Numbered from the stretch's first letter, positions 1 through 9,273 are shown. The stretch: 64,000 nt of DNA from Desulfobulbaceae bacterium DB1 (GCA_001914235.1 MQUF01000003.1:448225-512224); one strand, 5' to 3'. The notes: generated by a model from the sequence alone, not told the origin. Numbers and translations are program-made.

Positions 1-46
1 CCTGGTGCAGGAAAAGGAAAATGCAAAAAAAGGAGGCGCGGCATGA
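1..46 (+). CDS. 3' end of an upstream gene (partial); possibly the ATPase partner of the following ABC-2 permease
   Basis: An open frame enters the window (..LVQEKENAKKGGAA*). Its TGA (44-46) overlaps the ATG (43-45) of the next gene in an ATGA junction. The product is inferred from context only. Confidence 0.3.
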   Translation, partial: LVQEKENAKKGGAA

Positions 47-783
47 AACGGTGGATCGCTTTCTGGAACATTGTGCTCAAGGATATGCGGGCCTATTATC
101 TGAAGCCGCCGAACATCAGCTGGGGGCTGATCTTTCCACTGGCCTGGACCGGCATGTTTTTCATCAAATCCGGCGGGGAAGTCGAAAACGTGCTGTCACT
201 GCTGCCCGGCGTGGTGGCAATTTCCATTCTGTTCGGCACCACTTCCATGCTGGCCGTCACAGTAACTTTCGAGAAGAAAAATCGCTCTTTTGAACGGCTG
301 CTGCTCGCCCCCATTTCCCTTGAGCTGCTGATGCTGGCCAAGACGGCAGGGGCGATTTTTTTCGGCATGGTCAATGCTTTTGTGCCGGTGGTCATGGCGC
401 TCTTTCTGACTGATCTGTCACAGGTGGCCTGGGATACGGTTGTTCCAGCTATCATCTTGATCGCCTTCACCTCAACCTTTCAGGGCTTGTTTATTGCGGT
501 GTCGGTGAACGAGGTTTTCGAAGCTCAGACCTTTTCCAATTTTTTCCGTTTTCCCATGATCTTTCTCTGCGGGCTCTTTTTTCCCATCTCGCAGCTGCCG
601 GTATTTTTGCGGCCCCTGTCGTACGTGCTTCCCTTGACCTACGGTGCCGACATTCTGCACGGCGGCTTTGTCGGCGGCGGAAGCCGGATGCCGATGCCGC
701 TGGATTTCGGCATGCTGTTTATTTTCTGCTCCGCACTTTTCCTAATTAGTCTGCGCAACATCCGGAAACGCTGGATTGCCTGA
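43..783 (+). CDS. ABC-2 type transporter permease
   Basis: 246 aa with about 6 hydrophobic segments. The N-terminus (WNIVLKDMRAYYLKPPNISWGLIFP) and overall pattern are typical of ABC-2 family exporter permeases. Confidence 0.8.
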   Translation: MKRWIAFWNIVLKDMRAYYLKPPNISWGLIFPLAWTGMFFIKSGGEVENVLSLLPGVVAISILFGTTSMLAVTVTFEKKNRSFERLLLAPISLELLMLAKTAGAIFFGMVNAFVPVVMALFLTDLSQVAWDTVVPAIILIAFTSTFQGLFIAVSVNEVFEAQTFSNFFRFPMIFLCGLFFPISQLPVFLRPLSYVLPLTYGADILHGGFVGGGSRMPMPLDFGMLFIFCSALFLISLRNIRKRWIA

Positions 784-883
784 CAAGAGCCCGGGACGAC
801 CGGCATCTTGACGGGCTACCATTTCAATAAAACGGCATGCTTTCTACAAACCTTTTTTCACCAAGCGGCGCAAAGGATAAAAA

Positions 884-1195
884 ATGATGGAATTACGAAA
901 TATTACCAAATCATACCGGGATCAACGGATCCTGGCTGATGTCAGTCTCGAAATACGGGAACGGGAAATGGTCAGCATCATGGGCAAATCCGGGCCAGGC
1001 AAAAGCACTCTGCTCGCCGTTATGGCAGGGCTGGTCAAGCCCGACTCCGGGCAGGTGCTCCTCTGTGTCTCCATTCTTTTCGACTTTTTAATCTTCATCC
1101 TTGGTGCGGCTTGTTTTTTTCTGCTCTTCCTGGCGGTGAGCTTTTTTTGTTTCCGTCGGATAAAGAAAATAAAACCGGATGAGTTTGCGGCGTAA
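884..1195 (+). pseudogene. Truncated ABC transporter ATP-binding protein (N-terminal ~60 aa only)
   Basis: [60 protein letters not shown] carries an intact Walker A. After about nt 1063 the frame becomes a non-homologous hydrophobic tail. No Q-loop, signature motif or Walker B is found in any frame downstream. Confidence 0.6.
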
Positions 1196-1527
1196 CCAAG
1201 CCGCGTGCCGCTTCTACACCTCAAATCATCCGGACTCTCAAGTGGTTTCCCTTTATTGGGGCTTCTCTCGTTTGCCAAAGGGGAGTATTCCATGCTGACA
1301 GCCGACGGAACGGCAATCTATTCCGTTGTTTCCGGCGCATGCACCAGGCCGAAGCCTCCCTGCACTCTGCTCATCCGCCATTATCGCCTCGGTTGTGCCC
1401 ATCGACTCGCATTCCCGTCGTTGCGCTCTTTTTGAGCGATTTTTCTGTTTTTGCGCTAAAATGAAAAAAACCGCCCCCCCGAACCTTTGCTCGGCGGCAG
1501 TGTCTTAAGGTGATAATGGAGAACAAT

Positions 1528-3651
1528 ATGAAAACACTTACAAGTATTCTTGTCTTTTTTTGGTTGTTGAGCCTCGGGCTTCCTGCTGCTTCCCATGCCG
1601 CCGATCTCGGCGAATTACGGCTCAGCCTTATTGAAGGGGATGTCCAGCAATGGAATATTGAGACAAATGAATGGATACCGGTTACCATCAACATGCCCCT
1701 TTACGAAGGGGACCGCCTTTGGATTCCCGAAGGAGGCAAAGCGGAAATCCAGGTCAGAAACGGATCATTTGTCCGCCTCAACGCCTATAGCTCCCTTGAA
1801 ATCCTGCGCTCCGACGGCAATTCACTCCAGGCATATCTGTCCGAGGGACAGGCATATCTCAACTTCAGCGGCCGCAAGGACACCATGCTGCAGCTTGATA
1901 CGCCGTTTTCTTCGACGCGTGCCTATGAAGGGACAAAGTTCCTGGCCGATGTGAACCGCACGGGTGAAACGAATATCGCTGTTTTAAGCGGCAAGGTCTT
2001 TATCGACAGCAGCCAGGGAAACGCTGAATTGATCAGCGGCCAGGAATTTTCCTTGGGTGATAAATATGCCAACATCGCTCCAATCGGCAGGCAGGGTGCC
2101 TGGGAACAATGGAACAGGGAGCGGGATTGGAAAATTGCCGACCGCCGGTACAACGATGAGTATCTGCCTGAGGAACTGAGTCCCTACGCCTCGGATTTCG
2201 ACCAGTACGGCAGGTGGGTGCACGTCAATGAATACGGCCATGTCTGGACGCCGACCCTTGCCGTGTCCTCCGGCTGGTCACCATACAGCCAGGGCCGCTG
2301 GATCTGGCGCGGCGGCGATTACGTCTGGATTTCCTACGAACCGTGGGGATGGGCCCCCTATCATTATGGACGCTGGTCGTTTGTTTCGTCAATCGGCTGG
2401 TGCTGGATTCCCCCCCCGCGAGGAGCCGTTTACTGGGGTCCCGGTTATGTCGGCTGGGTCTCGACCCCGAATTATGTCGCCTGGGTCCCGCTCGCCCCCG
2501 GAGATACCTACTACGGGTACGGCGATTACGGGCCTTCCAGCATAAACATCATCAACATCAATGTCCATAAACACTATCCAAGACGTTCCTACAGGAATCT
2601 GCGGGCAAGAAACGCGGTGACCGTCATCCATCATGACACCTTTTTGCATGGCAGGCGTCATGACCTGAAGGTGAAGGAAAACCCTTTTCTCAAGGATGTC
2701 CCCCATGTCGGCCGACCGACAATTCGCCCGGCAAAGGAAACCTATGCCCCGGTTCAGCGAAACATTGACGAATCAAAACGCCCGCCCGAATACATCCGCA
2801 AAACCAAGGTGACAACGATTCAGCAAGAGCGCCCCCTGGTGAAAGACAGAAACCTGCGGGTGCTTCAAACCGAGAGCTTCGAAAGGAGCGGCCGGGAATG
2901 GAAACGCGAACGCGGCCTGCCGTTTGACGAGGCGAAACAGGGGCAGGAAATAAAGAAACGCGGTGATTCGGGGAAACAGCAGGAAACAATCAAAAATCGT
3001 GAAATGACGGCGCCTTCGCCCTTACAGCAGCAAGAACGAACCAGGGAAGAACAGCGCACCGGCGGCGAACCAATTCGTCGCGAGCCCGATTATTCCAAGC
3101 AGCAACAGCTGAAACAAGGCGACAGCCCCACCCGGGATAACGCTTTGCGAGATCAACCGGGAAACGGCAAGAAGAAAGGACCAGGCCCTGAACTAAAAAA
3201 ACAGGATACCCCTGTCGTTGCGCCACAGACTTCCGGCAAGGCGCGAACTCCGGAAAGAGCGGAAAAGGCACCTGCTCCGGCTGTCGGCAAACCGATCACC
3301 GAGAGCAAACCGGCTCCGCTTCCCCCTCGTGTGCGCCAGGAGGAGAACCAAGGCGGAAAACAGGACCCAGCTCCTCATGGACAAGGCAGTCCGGATTGGA
3401 ACACTCATCCTCAACGAGGCCGGCAACCGATACCACCAGAGGTCAGACAAAATTCCGGTCGTGAGCGACCCTCCGACAACGCGATAACGGCCCCGGCACC
3501 ACGGCCGGGGCAAGCTCCCCAACCAGGTCAGGGAGACGCAAAACGGGGGAAACAGCCCTTCGGCAAAAACAAAAAAATTCCCCAGACTGAAGAAGGGACC
3601 GAGGCACAGGAAAATCTTCTCCTGTACCCGGCAGGCCCACCGATTCAATAG
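1528..3651 (+). CDS. Secreted FecR-domain / DUF6600-like protein with a long Pro/Gln/Lys/Arg-rich tail
   Basis: GGAG lies 6 nt before the ATG at 1528 and a signal peptide is present (LVFFWLLSLGLPAASHA). The Trp/Tyr/Gly-rich core (YGRWVHVNEYGHVWTP..WGWAPYHYGRWSF..GWCWIPP) is typical of the family. The C-terminal ~350 aa are low complexity. Confidence 0.7.
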   Translation: MKTLTSILVFFWLLSLGLPAASHAADLGELRLSLIEGDVQQWNIETNEWIPVTINMPLYEGDRLWIPEGGKAEIQVRNGSFVRLNAYSSLEILRSDGNSLQAYLSEGQAYLNFSGRKDTMLQLDTPFSSTRAYEGTKFLADVNRTGETNIAVLSGKVFIDSSQGNAELISGQEFSLGDKYANIAPIGRQGAWEQWNRERDWKIADRRYNDEYLPEELSPYASDFDQYGRWVHVNEYGHVWTPTLAVSSGWSPYSQGRWIWRGGDYVWISYEPWGWAPYHYGRWSFVSSIGWCWIPPPRGAVYWGPGYVGWVSTPNYVAWVPLAPGDTYYGYGDYGPSSINIININVHKHYPRRSYRNLRARNAVTVIHHDTFLHGRRHDLKVKENPFLKDVPHVGRPTIRPAKETYAPVQRNIDESKRPPEYIRKTKVTTIQQERPLVKDRNLRVLQTESFERSGREWKRERGLPFDEAKQGQEIKKRGDSGKQQETIKNREMTAPSPLQQQERTREEQRTGGEPIRREPDYSKQQQLKQGDSPTRDNALRDQPGNGKKKGPGPELKKQDTPVVAPQTSGKARTPERAEKAPAPAVGKPITESKPAPLPPRVRQEENQGGKQDPAPHGQGSPDWNTHPQRGRQPIPPEVRQNSGRERPSDNAITAPAPRPGQAPQPGQGDAKRGKQPFGKNKKIPQTEEGTEAQENLLLYPAGPPIQ

Positions 3652-3702
3652 TAGAATTCAGTTCGCGCCAAAGAACCCGGTGAAAAATTAAAAATTTCCG
3701 GC

Positions 3703-3737
3703 AAAAAAAAAGCCCCGTTGTGAAACGGGGCTTTTTG
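3703..3737. terminator. Bidirectional intrinsic terminator between convergent genes
   Basis: An A-run, the hairpin AGCCCCGT/ACGGGGCT with a 6-nt loop, then a T-run. It sits between the stop at 3651 (+) and the stop at 3755 (-). Confidence 0.75.
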
Positions 3738-3754
3738 CATTCGCGGGTCAGAAA

Positions 3755-3958
3755 TTACTTTTTCTGAACAACATTTGCGGCAGAGGGACCTTTGGGCCCG
3801 TCAACAACATCGAAGGAAACCCGGGCGCCTTCCTGCAGGGATTTGAAGCCATCGGCCTTAATTGCGGAGTGATGCACGAAAACATCCTTGCCACCATCCT
3901 GTTCAATGAAACCAAAACCCTTTGAATCGTTAAACCACTTCACTGTACCTTCAGCCAT
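3755..3958 (-). CDS. cspA: Cold-shock protein, CspA family
   Basis: [33 protein letters not shown] contains the RNP1 (KGFGFI) and RNP2 (VFVHH) motifs. Length is 67 aa. Confidence 0.95.
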   Translation of the reverse strand: MAEGTVKWFNDSKGFGFIEQDGGKDVFVHHSAIKADGFKSLQEGARVSFDVVDGPKGPSAANVVQKK

Positions 3959-4065
3959 CTTGTACCACTCCTTTGTGCTCGGTTCCTGGGCGGAACCTCT
4001 TTGTTAAAGAGCCGAGGCATCATTTGATACTTCGACTAGAAGTCTGGGTGTCCAGACAAAAACTG

Positions 4066-5337
4066 TTATCGCTGCGCAGTTTTGCTCATGCCGAAAACAG
4101 AGGAAGGCCCCCTGCCGGTTCGGCTTTTGCCGCGACTGACCGGGGCGGCCGCTTTCTTTCTTCTCGGCACGTCCCGTGAAAATCTTTCTCTTTTTTCTTC
4201 CCGGACATCATCTTCCGCGCCACAGGCACAAACAAAGGCCCCCTCCCGGTCCATTTTTTTGCCGAGATTGTTCTCAATGAGAGAAATCATTTTGCGGTCC
4301 TCGCTGGTGGCAAAGGTAAGAGCCGTTCCCGTGCGTGAAGCGCGCCCCGTGCGGCCGGTGCGATGGGTGTAGGTTTCCGCCGTGCTCGGGACATCGAAAT
4401 TAATCACATGGGAAATCCCGGAAACATCAATACCGCGTGCCGCAATGTCGGTGGCTACGAGAATAGTATACTTGCCGCTTTTAAATCCATCAAGAGCAAG
4501 TTGACGTTTCTGCTGGGACATGTTGCCCTGAAGGGAAACGGATCTGCAGCCCGTTTTTTCCAATTGCAGGGCCAAAGTCTTGGCTTTGTGCTTGGTTCTG
4601 GTAAAAACGATGGTTGAAGTCGGCTGTTTTTCCTGCAGAATTTTTCGCAGGAGAGCGGTTTTGGAACTTTGCTCCACAGGATAAAGCAGGTGCGTAATAG
4701 TGGTTGCCGGACGGTCATGATCGATCTGCACGGTTTCCGGATTGGTAAGGATATCCTCGGCAAGGTGACGGATCTCGGCCGGCATGGTTGCTGAAAAGAT
4801 CAGTGTCTGCCGTTTTCTGGGCAACTGTTTCATGATTTTGCGGATATCGGGCAAAAAGCCCTTGTCAAACATATGGTCCGCTTCGTCAAGGATGAGAATC
4901 TCAACCATTTTCAGGTCAATGGACCCATCATTGACAAGATCGAGCAGGCGGCCGGGGCAGGCCACAATGATTTCAACGCCCTCGCGAATCCGCTTGGCCT
5001 GTGCGTATTTACTGACCCCGCCATAAATAACGGCGCTTTCAAGATCGATGCCTTGGGCCATCTTGCCGAAATACTGGTGAGTCTGCTCGGCAAGTTCTCT
5101 GGTCGGTGCCACAATAAGGGCGCGGACTCTTTTTCGCGGACCGTTCATGAGGCGTTCCAGGGTGGGCAGCACAAAGGCCGCTGTTTTGCCGGTACCGGTC
5201 TGAGCCAGGCCAAGCATATCCTTGCCGGCGAGAACCGGGCCGATAGCCTTTTCCTGGATAGGGGTGGGGATGGTGTAGCCGCAATTTTCAACTGCGGCCT
5301 GAATCTTCGGGTGAAAATTAAACTTTGTAAAACTCAT
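4066..5337 (-). CDS. DEAD-box ATP-dependent RNA helicase (RhlE-like)
   Basis: Motifs AQTGTGKT, DEAD (ILILDEADHMFD), SAT and HRTGRTGRA, plus a basic C-terminal tail. The start is moved to ATG 5337 (MSFTKFNF), which is preceded by AAAGGAG. Confidence 0.92.
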   Translation of the reverse strand: MSFTKFNFHPKIQAAVENCGYTIPTPIQEKAIGPVLAGKDMLGLAQTGTGKTAAFVLPTLERLMNGPRKRVRALIVAPTRELAEQTHQYFGKMAQGIDLESAVIYGGVSKYAQAKRIREGVEIIVACPGRLLDLVNDGSIDLKMVEILILDEADHMFDKGFLPDIRKIMKQLPRKRQTLIFSATMPAEIRHLAEDILTNPETVQIDHDRPATTITHLLYPVEQSSKTALLRKILQEKQPTSTIVFTRTKHKAKTLALQLEKTGCRSVSLQGNMSQQKRQLALDGFKSGKYTILVATDIAARGIDVSGISHVINFDVPSTAETYTHRTGRTGRASRTGTALTFATSEDRKMISLIENNLGKKMDREGAFVCACGAEDDVREEKRERFSRDVPRRKKAAAPVSRGKSRTGRGPSSVFGMSKTAQR

Positions 5338-6183
5338 GTAACTCCTTTGGGTTAAAAAATGATGCGCCGGGATTGTTCCCGAAAAGGTGCACCTTGTCAC
5401 GCGGCAGTCTCTGCCGCGTTAATCTGTTTATTATTTATTTAATCAGGATTTTCAGTCGGTTGTGGGAAAAAGATGAAAAGTGCCAGACAACTTCAGGGAG
5501 GATTTCAATATCCTCGGTGAGGAATGCTTCGGACTTCTCCGTGAATGTTTTTTAGCCTGACGCTCATTTTTCAACCCGGTCCGGGTCGTTTGCCCCGGAT
5601 ACAGGGTGCTTGTTGCCATGAGCCGCCTGTCGCGAATCCCGTCATTCAGTGTTGCACCGGCGTTGTGGCCAACGGTACGTTTTACCATTCCTGCAAAACC
5701 AAAACATTTTGACTGCTTGGCAAAATAATCGATGTATTTCGGCGATTTATCAACACGCGACAAGGGATGCGAAGAATGATTCCAGCTGGGGTCTCGATCA
5801 TATAGTGAACCTGGTTCGGGCATACAGCCGCAATATGCTCTCCTTTGTAAGTGGTCGGCAGACGACTTTAACGATAGCAAACCAGGCAAATGCAACAACG
5901 TGGCGGGAATATAACGTGAAAGGAATATGCTTTTACTCCAAATATTATTTCCAGCATTTATAACTCGATAATTTCATAATGGCAACAGAATAATTTTACA
6001 TAATAATTTCACGAACACGTTTCCCGCCCTCAAAAGGCTCGCCTTGCCGGCTCATGAAATATATCTGGCTTTTTCCTGGATTTCATATTAAATAAAGAGG
6101 TTCGTCTTTATGGGAGTGGTTTCCAGAATGCCGCCCAGGCGGAGACTATTATTTAACGTACTCACTGAAAGGAGAATCTCCCT

Positions 6184-6639
6184 GTGACAACCAGCAATGA
6201 AACTTCAGCCGGCGACGATATTGATTCCCGTTGCTTGAAATGCAAGGCCGTCACCAATCATACCATCATCGCCATGATCGCCGGGCAGGTTGCAAAGGTG
6301 CAATGCAACACCTGCGGCAGTCGCCACAACTACCGTCCACCCATTGTCGAAAAGGCCACGACCCTGCGCCGCTCCGCGGGGAAAATCGTTGCCGGCGGTC
6401 GAATCGCCAAGCCCCGCATGACCAAAGGAATGACGGCTGCGGCCCTGTTTGATGAAATTCTGGCCGGCCAAGACATCGCCACGGCCAAACCCTACAGCAT
6501 GAGTGGCGATTTCAACTCCAACGACCTGCTCAATCATCCCACCTTCGGATTCGGGGTGGTGACCAAAAAAATAAATTCCACCAGAATAGAAGTCACCTTT
6601 AAAGAGGGAAGCAAGATTCTGGTCTGCAGCACAAGTTAG
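6184..6639 (+). CDS. Hypothetical Zn-ribbon protein
   Basis: GTG start preceded by AAGGAGA. A CxxC..CxxC pair is present (CLKCKAVTNH..CNTCGSRHNY). No family recognised. Confidence 0.55.
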   Translation: MTTSNETSAGDDIDSRCLKCKAVTNHTIIAMIAGQVAKVQCNTCGSRHNYRPPIVEKATTLRRSAGKIVAGGRIAKPRMTKGMTAAALFDEILAGQDIATAKPYSMSGDFNSNDLLNHPTFGFGVVTKKINSTRIEVTFKEGSKILVCSTS

Positions 6640-6894
6640 CTCCATGGCCCCTGCCCCTGTGACGCCGGGAGGGCATCTCTGTTTTCTTTGCAAAAAAGCG
6701 TCCTTTTTTTTTCCACCTGTGTTATCGTAAAATTTTTATTGAATTTTCCCTCTTGTCCTCCCTGACATGGGGCGAGTTCTTTTTACATATTTCATATTGA
6801 AGAGTCCCTGTACTCTGTGCCGCTGTCGATCATTTTTGTGCGTTTGGGGGGATGGCGTTAGTGCAATGAACGTACCTTACCGAGGAAAAAACAA

Positions 6895-7170
6895 ATGAAT
6901 ATTTATGTCAGCAACCTGCCCGTTTCAGTGAATGAAGATGAGCTGAAGGTAATGTTTTCACAATACGGCGAGGTTGCAAGTATCAACCTTATCAAGGACA
7001 GATTCTCCGGTCAGTCAAAGGGGTTCGGTTTCATCGACATGCCGAACAATTCAGAGGCTGACGTGGTTATCAAGTCCCTGAACAAAAGCACCCTTCACGG
7101 CCGTGTCATCAAAGTCATCCAGGCCGAACCGCAACGCAAGAAACCTACCCGACGGGGCCGCCGATTCTAG
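6895..7170 (+). CDS. RRM-type RNA-binding protein
   Basis: RNP2 NIYVSNL and RNP1 KGFGFIDM, with a basic tail (RKKPTRRGRRF). Length is 91 aa. Confidence 0.9.
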   Translation: MNIYVSNLPVSVNEDELKVMFSQYGEVASINLIKDRFSGQSKGFGFIDMPNNSEADVVIKSLNKSTLHGRVIKVIQAEPQRKKPTRRGRRF

Positions 7171-7246
7171 CGGGAAAGCATCCCCGGAAATTCCGGCAGA
7201 TTTTTTCCAAAATTCGACATGACGTGGCGCGACCGCAGGTTCGCGC

Positions 7247-7903
7247 CTACTCACCGTAATAAGCCGCAGCCAGATCCCGTCCGAGCTTCCTGAGAGCCGC
7301 CACGGTTTCCGGATTTTGCTCCAGGGTGTTTATGCCCACGTTCTCCGCCGCGGCATCCGGGCCGTGAATCATCTTGACGCCTGAAACCCGGCATTGGCTG
7401 CCGCTTTTGCATTTAACGCAGGGCACATTCCCAAGCACGGAAACTCCCCCCACGTAACGCATCCCCTCCTCCATCATACAAAACCGAATGGCCTGAAGGC
7501 CGTTTTCACCGGCGGGCGGCATGCCTTCCCTGCCCGGCGGAACAGCGCAGGTGACAACCGCGGCTCCCGGCTTGCCGGCCATCAACCCATGGCGATGCCG
7601 CAGGGCATAAAGCCGCTCCATGAAGGCCTTGGTGCGACTGTCCAGCGAGGAATACGGCGTATAGCCGCCGACAATGACAATATCCGCCTTGAATGCCTTT
7701 TCCGCCAGCATGACACCATCATCAGCAATGATGCAACGATTGGTTTTTACACAGCCCAGGCAGGCATTGCAGGGACTTATCGTATAATCGCTCAGCTTAT
7801 AAAACCACTGTTTGCCGGCCATGGTTGCCTCCATGACCATCCTGACCGCGCGATCCGTGTTACTGTTTTTGACGGGTGATCCTGATATTCCGAGCACTAT
7901 CAT
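7247..7903 (-). CDS. Iron-sulfur flavoprotein / NADPH-dependent FMN reductase family
   Basis: MIVLGISGSPVKNSNT flavodoxin-like N-terminus and a compact CNACLGCVKTNRC (CxxCxxCx5C) cluster motif. The start is trimmed to ATG 7903. Confidence 0.8.
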   Translation of the reverse strand: MIVLGISGSPVKNSNTDRAVRMVMEATMAGKQWFYKLSDYTISPCNACLGCVKTNRCIIADDGVMLAEKAFKADIVIVGGYTPYSSLDSRTKAFMERLYALRHRHGLMAGKPGAAVVTCAVPPGREGMPPAGENGLQAIRFCMMEEGMRYVGGVSVLGNVPCVKCKSGSQCRVSGVKMIHGPDAAAENVGINTLEQNPETVAALRKLGRDLAAAYYGE

Positions 7904-7956
7904 ACTGACACTCCGTGAGGGGAAAAAAGATTGAACCAGGGGTATTTCCAATAAAT

Positions 7957-7971
7957 GGCGGAGAGGGTGGC
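7957..7971 (-). repeat. Distal att-like copy of the tRNA-Ser 3' end
   Basis: Exact 15-nt match to 9184-9198 in the same orientation. It is intergenic, upstream of the trimmed flavoprotein start. Confidence 0.7.
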
Positions 7972-8187
7972 TGTCCAATCCGCAGCGCAACACCTTTAAA
8001 TTAATGCATTTTTATGTTTTGTTTAAAATTTCTACCCGTTATCCTACCCGTTTGTGTCGCCGGTGAATGGGTTGACCTTATTCGCTCTTTCCATACCAAC
8101 GGTTATTTTTTCACGCAAGAACTTTATCCAAAGATGCGGGAAGCAGAAAGGGTCTGCACTGAATGCAGGCCCTTTTGAGTAGTAAAA

Positions 8188-8715
8188 TCATGCGGGGCAA
8201 AAATCCGGAAAGGCGTTCAGCCACTCTTGCGGATTGAACTCAAGCCCCCTCGCCCGTTTGATCTTTTTCCTTTTGGCGGGAAGTTCCTTGAACATATCCA
8301 GGACACCGCCGCAAATCATGTGCTGTGCCTGCTCCGAAGCATACATCATATAGACGGACCGGAAAAGCCGGTCGTGGGCCTCGCCTATTTCCTTTTTCCC
8401 GTTCTCCCATCGCGAAACGGTCGCGGCGGTCACGCCAAGCAGAGCCGCCAATTCTTTGGCTTTCAAGTGCAAATCCTTTCGTAAAAATTTTATCTCTTCA
8501 GGTTGCAGCAGTGCTTTTCTCTTCTGGCAGATATACGCGCCTATGAGCCTATGCAGTTTTTGCATCTTCGGGATTGAGGCGTATCCTTCACCGCATGACG
8601 GGCAAGAATATTGCGTTATGCCGTGCAAGACGACATCAAGCCCGCACTCCTCGTAATGGTATGGCTTGTCTTTAATTACCTTTAGTTCCCCGCCGCATGA
8701 GTAGCATTTATTCAT
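8188..8715 (-). CDS. MqsA/YgiT-type antitoxin (Zn-ribbon plus XRE-family HTH)
   Basis: N-terminal CYSCGG..CPSCGE zinc ribbon, then an HTH (LKAKELAALLGVTAATVSRWENGK). The start lies 12 nt downstream of the toxin-like gene's stop. Confidence 0.8.
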   Translation of the reverse strand: MNKCYSCGGELKVIKDKPYHYEECGLDVVLHGITQYSCPSCGEGYASIPKMQKLHRLIGAYICQKRKALLQPEEIKFLRKDLHLKAKELAALLGVTAATVSRWENGKKEIGEAHDRLFRSVYMMYASEQAQHMICGGVLDMFKELPAKRKKIKRARGLEFNPQEWLNAFPDFCPA

Positions 8716-8727
8716 CGTGTCCGCCTT

Positions 8728-9033
8728 TCAGCCCAAAACGGTTATTATGGCGCAAGCCTGACGGCTGACAATGACAGTAACAACTCCGCCCTCGTCGCCT
8801 TCAAGATCATCGCCTTTTATCGTGTAGGCCCAACTGTGTGTCGTATCTTTCAATTCCTTTCTCGTAATTTTCCCCCGCGTCAAGATATGCTCAACATCCT
8901 GCATTGAATATCGGCGCTCTATCATCCTTTTCTTGGCGTGGCTACTGACAATAACCTCGCCGCCGGAAACAATATCCCGGATGATGGAGTGTGCTTTTTC
9001 GTTGTCGATTTCTTCTGCCGGGTTGAATGTCAT
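8728..9033 (-). CDS. DUF4258-like toxin component
   Basis: 101 aa. SHAKKRMIERRYSMQDVEHILTRGKI is characteristic of the DUF4258 family. The longer track ORF (to 9363) was trimmed because it runs through the tRNA gene. Confidence 0.7.
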   Translation of the reverse strand: MTFNPAEEIDNEKAHSIIRDIVSGGEVIVSSHAKKRMIERRYSMQDVEHILTRGKITRKELKDTTHSWAYTIKGDDLEGDEGGVVTVIVSRQACAIITVLG

Positions 9034-9113
9034 ATTCCCATAATAAACAAAAAGTTGACTTTGGCGCAAGTTTTTTGCGTTTGAGCTAATGGCTTTCTTC
9101 GGACTGCACAGGA

Positions 9114-9150
9114 AACAAAAAACCCGCTTTCCTTTTCTGGAAGCGGGTTT
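9114..9150 (-). terminator. Intrinsic terminator downstream of tRNA-Ser
   Basis: On the minus strand: AACCCGCTTCC-AGAAAA-GGAAAGCGGGTT followed by a T-run. Confidence 0.65.
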
Positions 9151-9183
9151 CTGTGTGTTGCTGGGTCTTGTTGGATGCTGATT

Positions 9184-9273
9184 TGGCGGAGAGGGTGGGA
9201 TTTGAACCCACGGTACCCTCACGGGTACACCGGATTTCGAATCCGGCTCATTCGGCCGCTCTGACACCTCTCC
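9184..9273 (-). tRNA. tRNA-Ser (anticodon CGA), class II with long variable arm, CCA encoded
   Basis: Reverse complement is GGAGAGGTGTCAGAGCGGCCGAATGAGCCGGATTCGAAATCCGGTGTACCCGTGAGGGTACCGTGGGTTCAAATCCCACCCTCTCCGCCA. It has a 7-bp acceptor stem, anticodon stem CCGGA/TCCGG with loop TTCGAAA, and T-arm GTGGG-TTCAAAT-CCCAC. Confidence 0.92.

Larger units (their letters stand above)
7957..9198 (-). mobile_element. Putative remnant tRNA-Ser-associated integrated islet (TA cassette only, no integrase)
   Basis: The region is bounded by an exact 15-nt direct repeat TGGCGGAGAGGGTGG (7957-7971 and 9184-9198). The second copy is the 3' end of the tRNA-Ser gene. Confidence 0.45.

Noticed and set aside
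884-1195. Treating the 103-aa ORF as a genuine ATPase-membrane fusion.
   Set aside because: A Walker A without a Q-loop, signature motif or Walker B cannot be a functional ABC ATPase. The tail looks like out-of-context sequence.
5452-5898. 148-aa minus-strand ORF in the long helicase/Zn-ribbon spacer. It has a faint resemblance to the C-terminal part of IS200/IS605 TnpA (..F.FAG....TVG...).
   Set aside because: The resemblance is limited to a few residues, there are no flanking hairpins or repeats, and there is no RBS. It cannot be supported without a database search (BLASTX of 5338-6183 would settle it).
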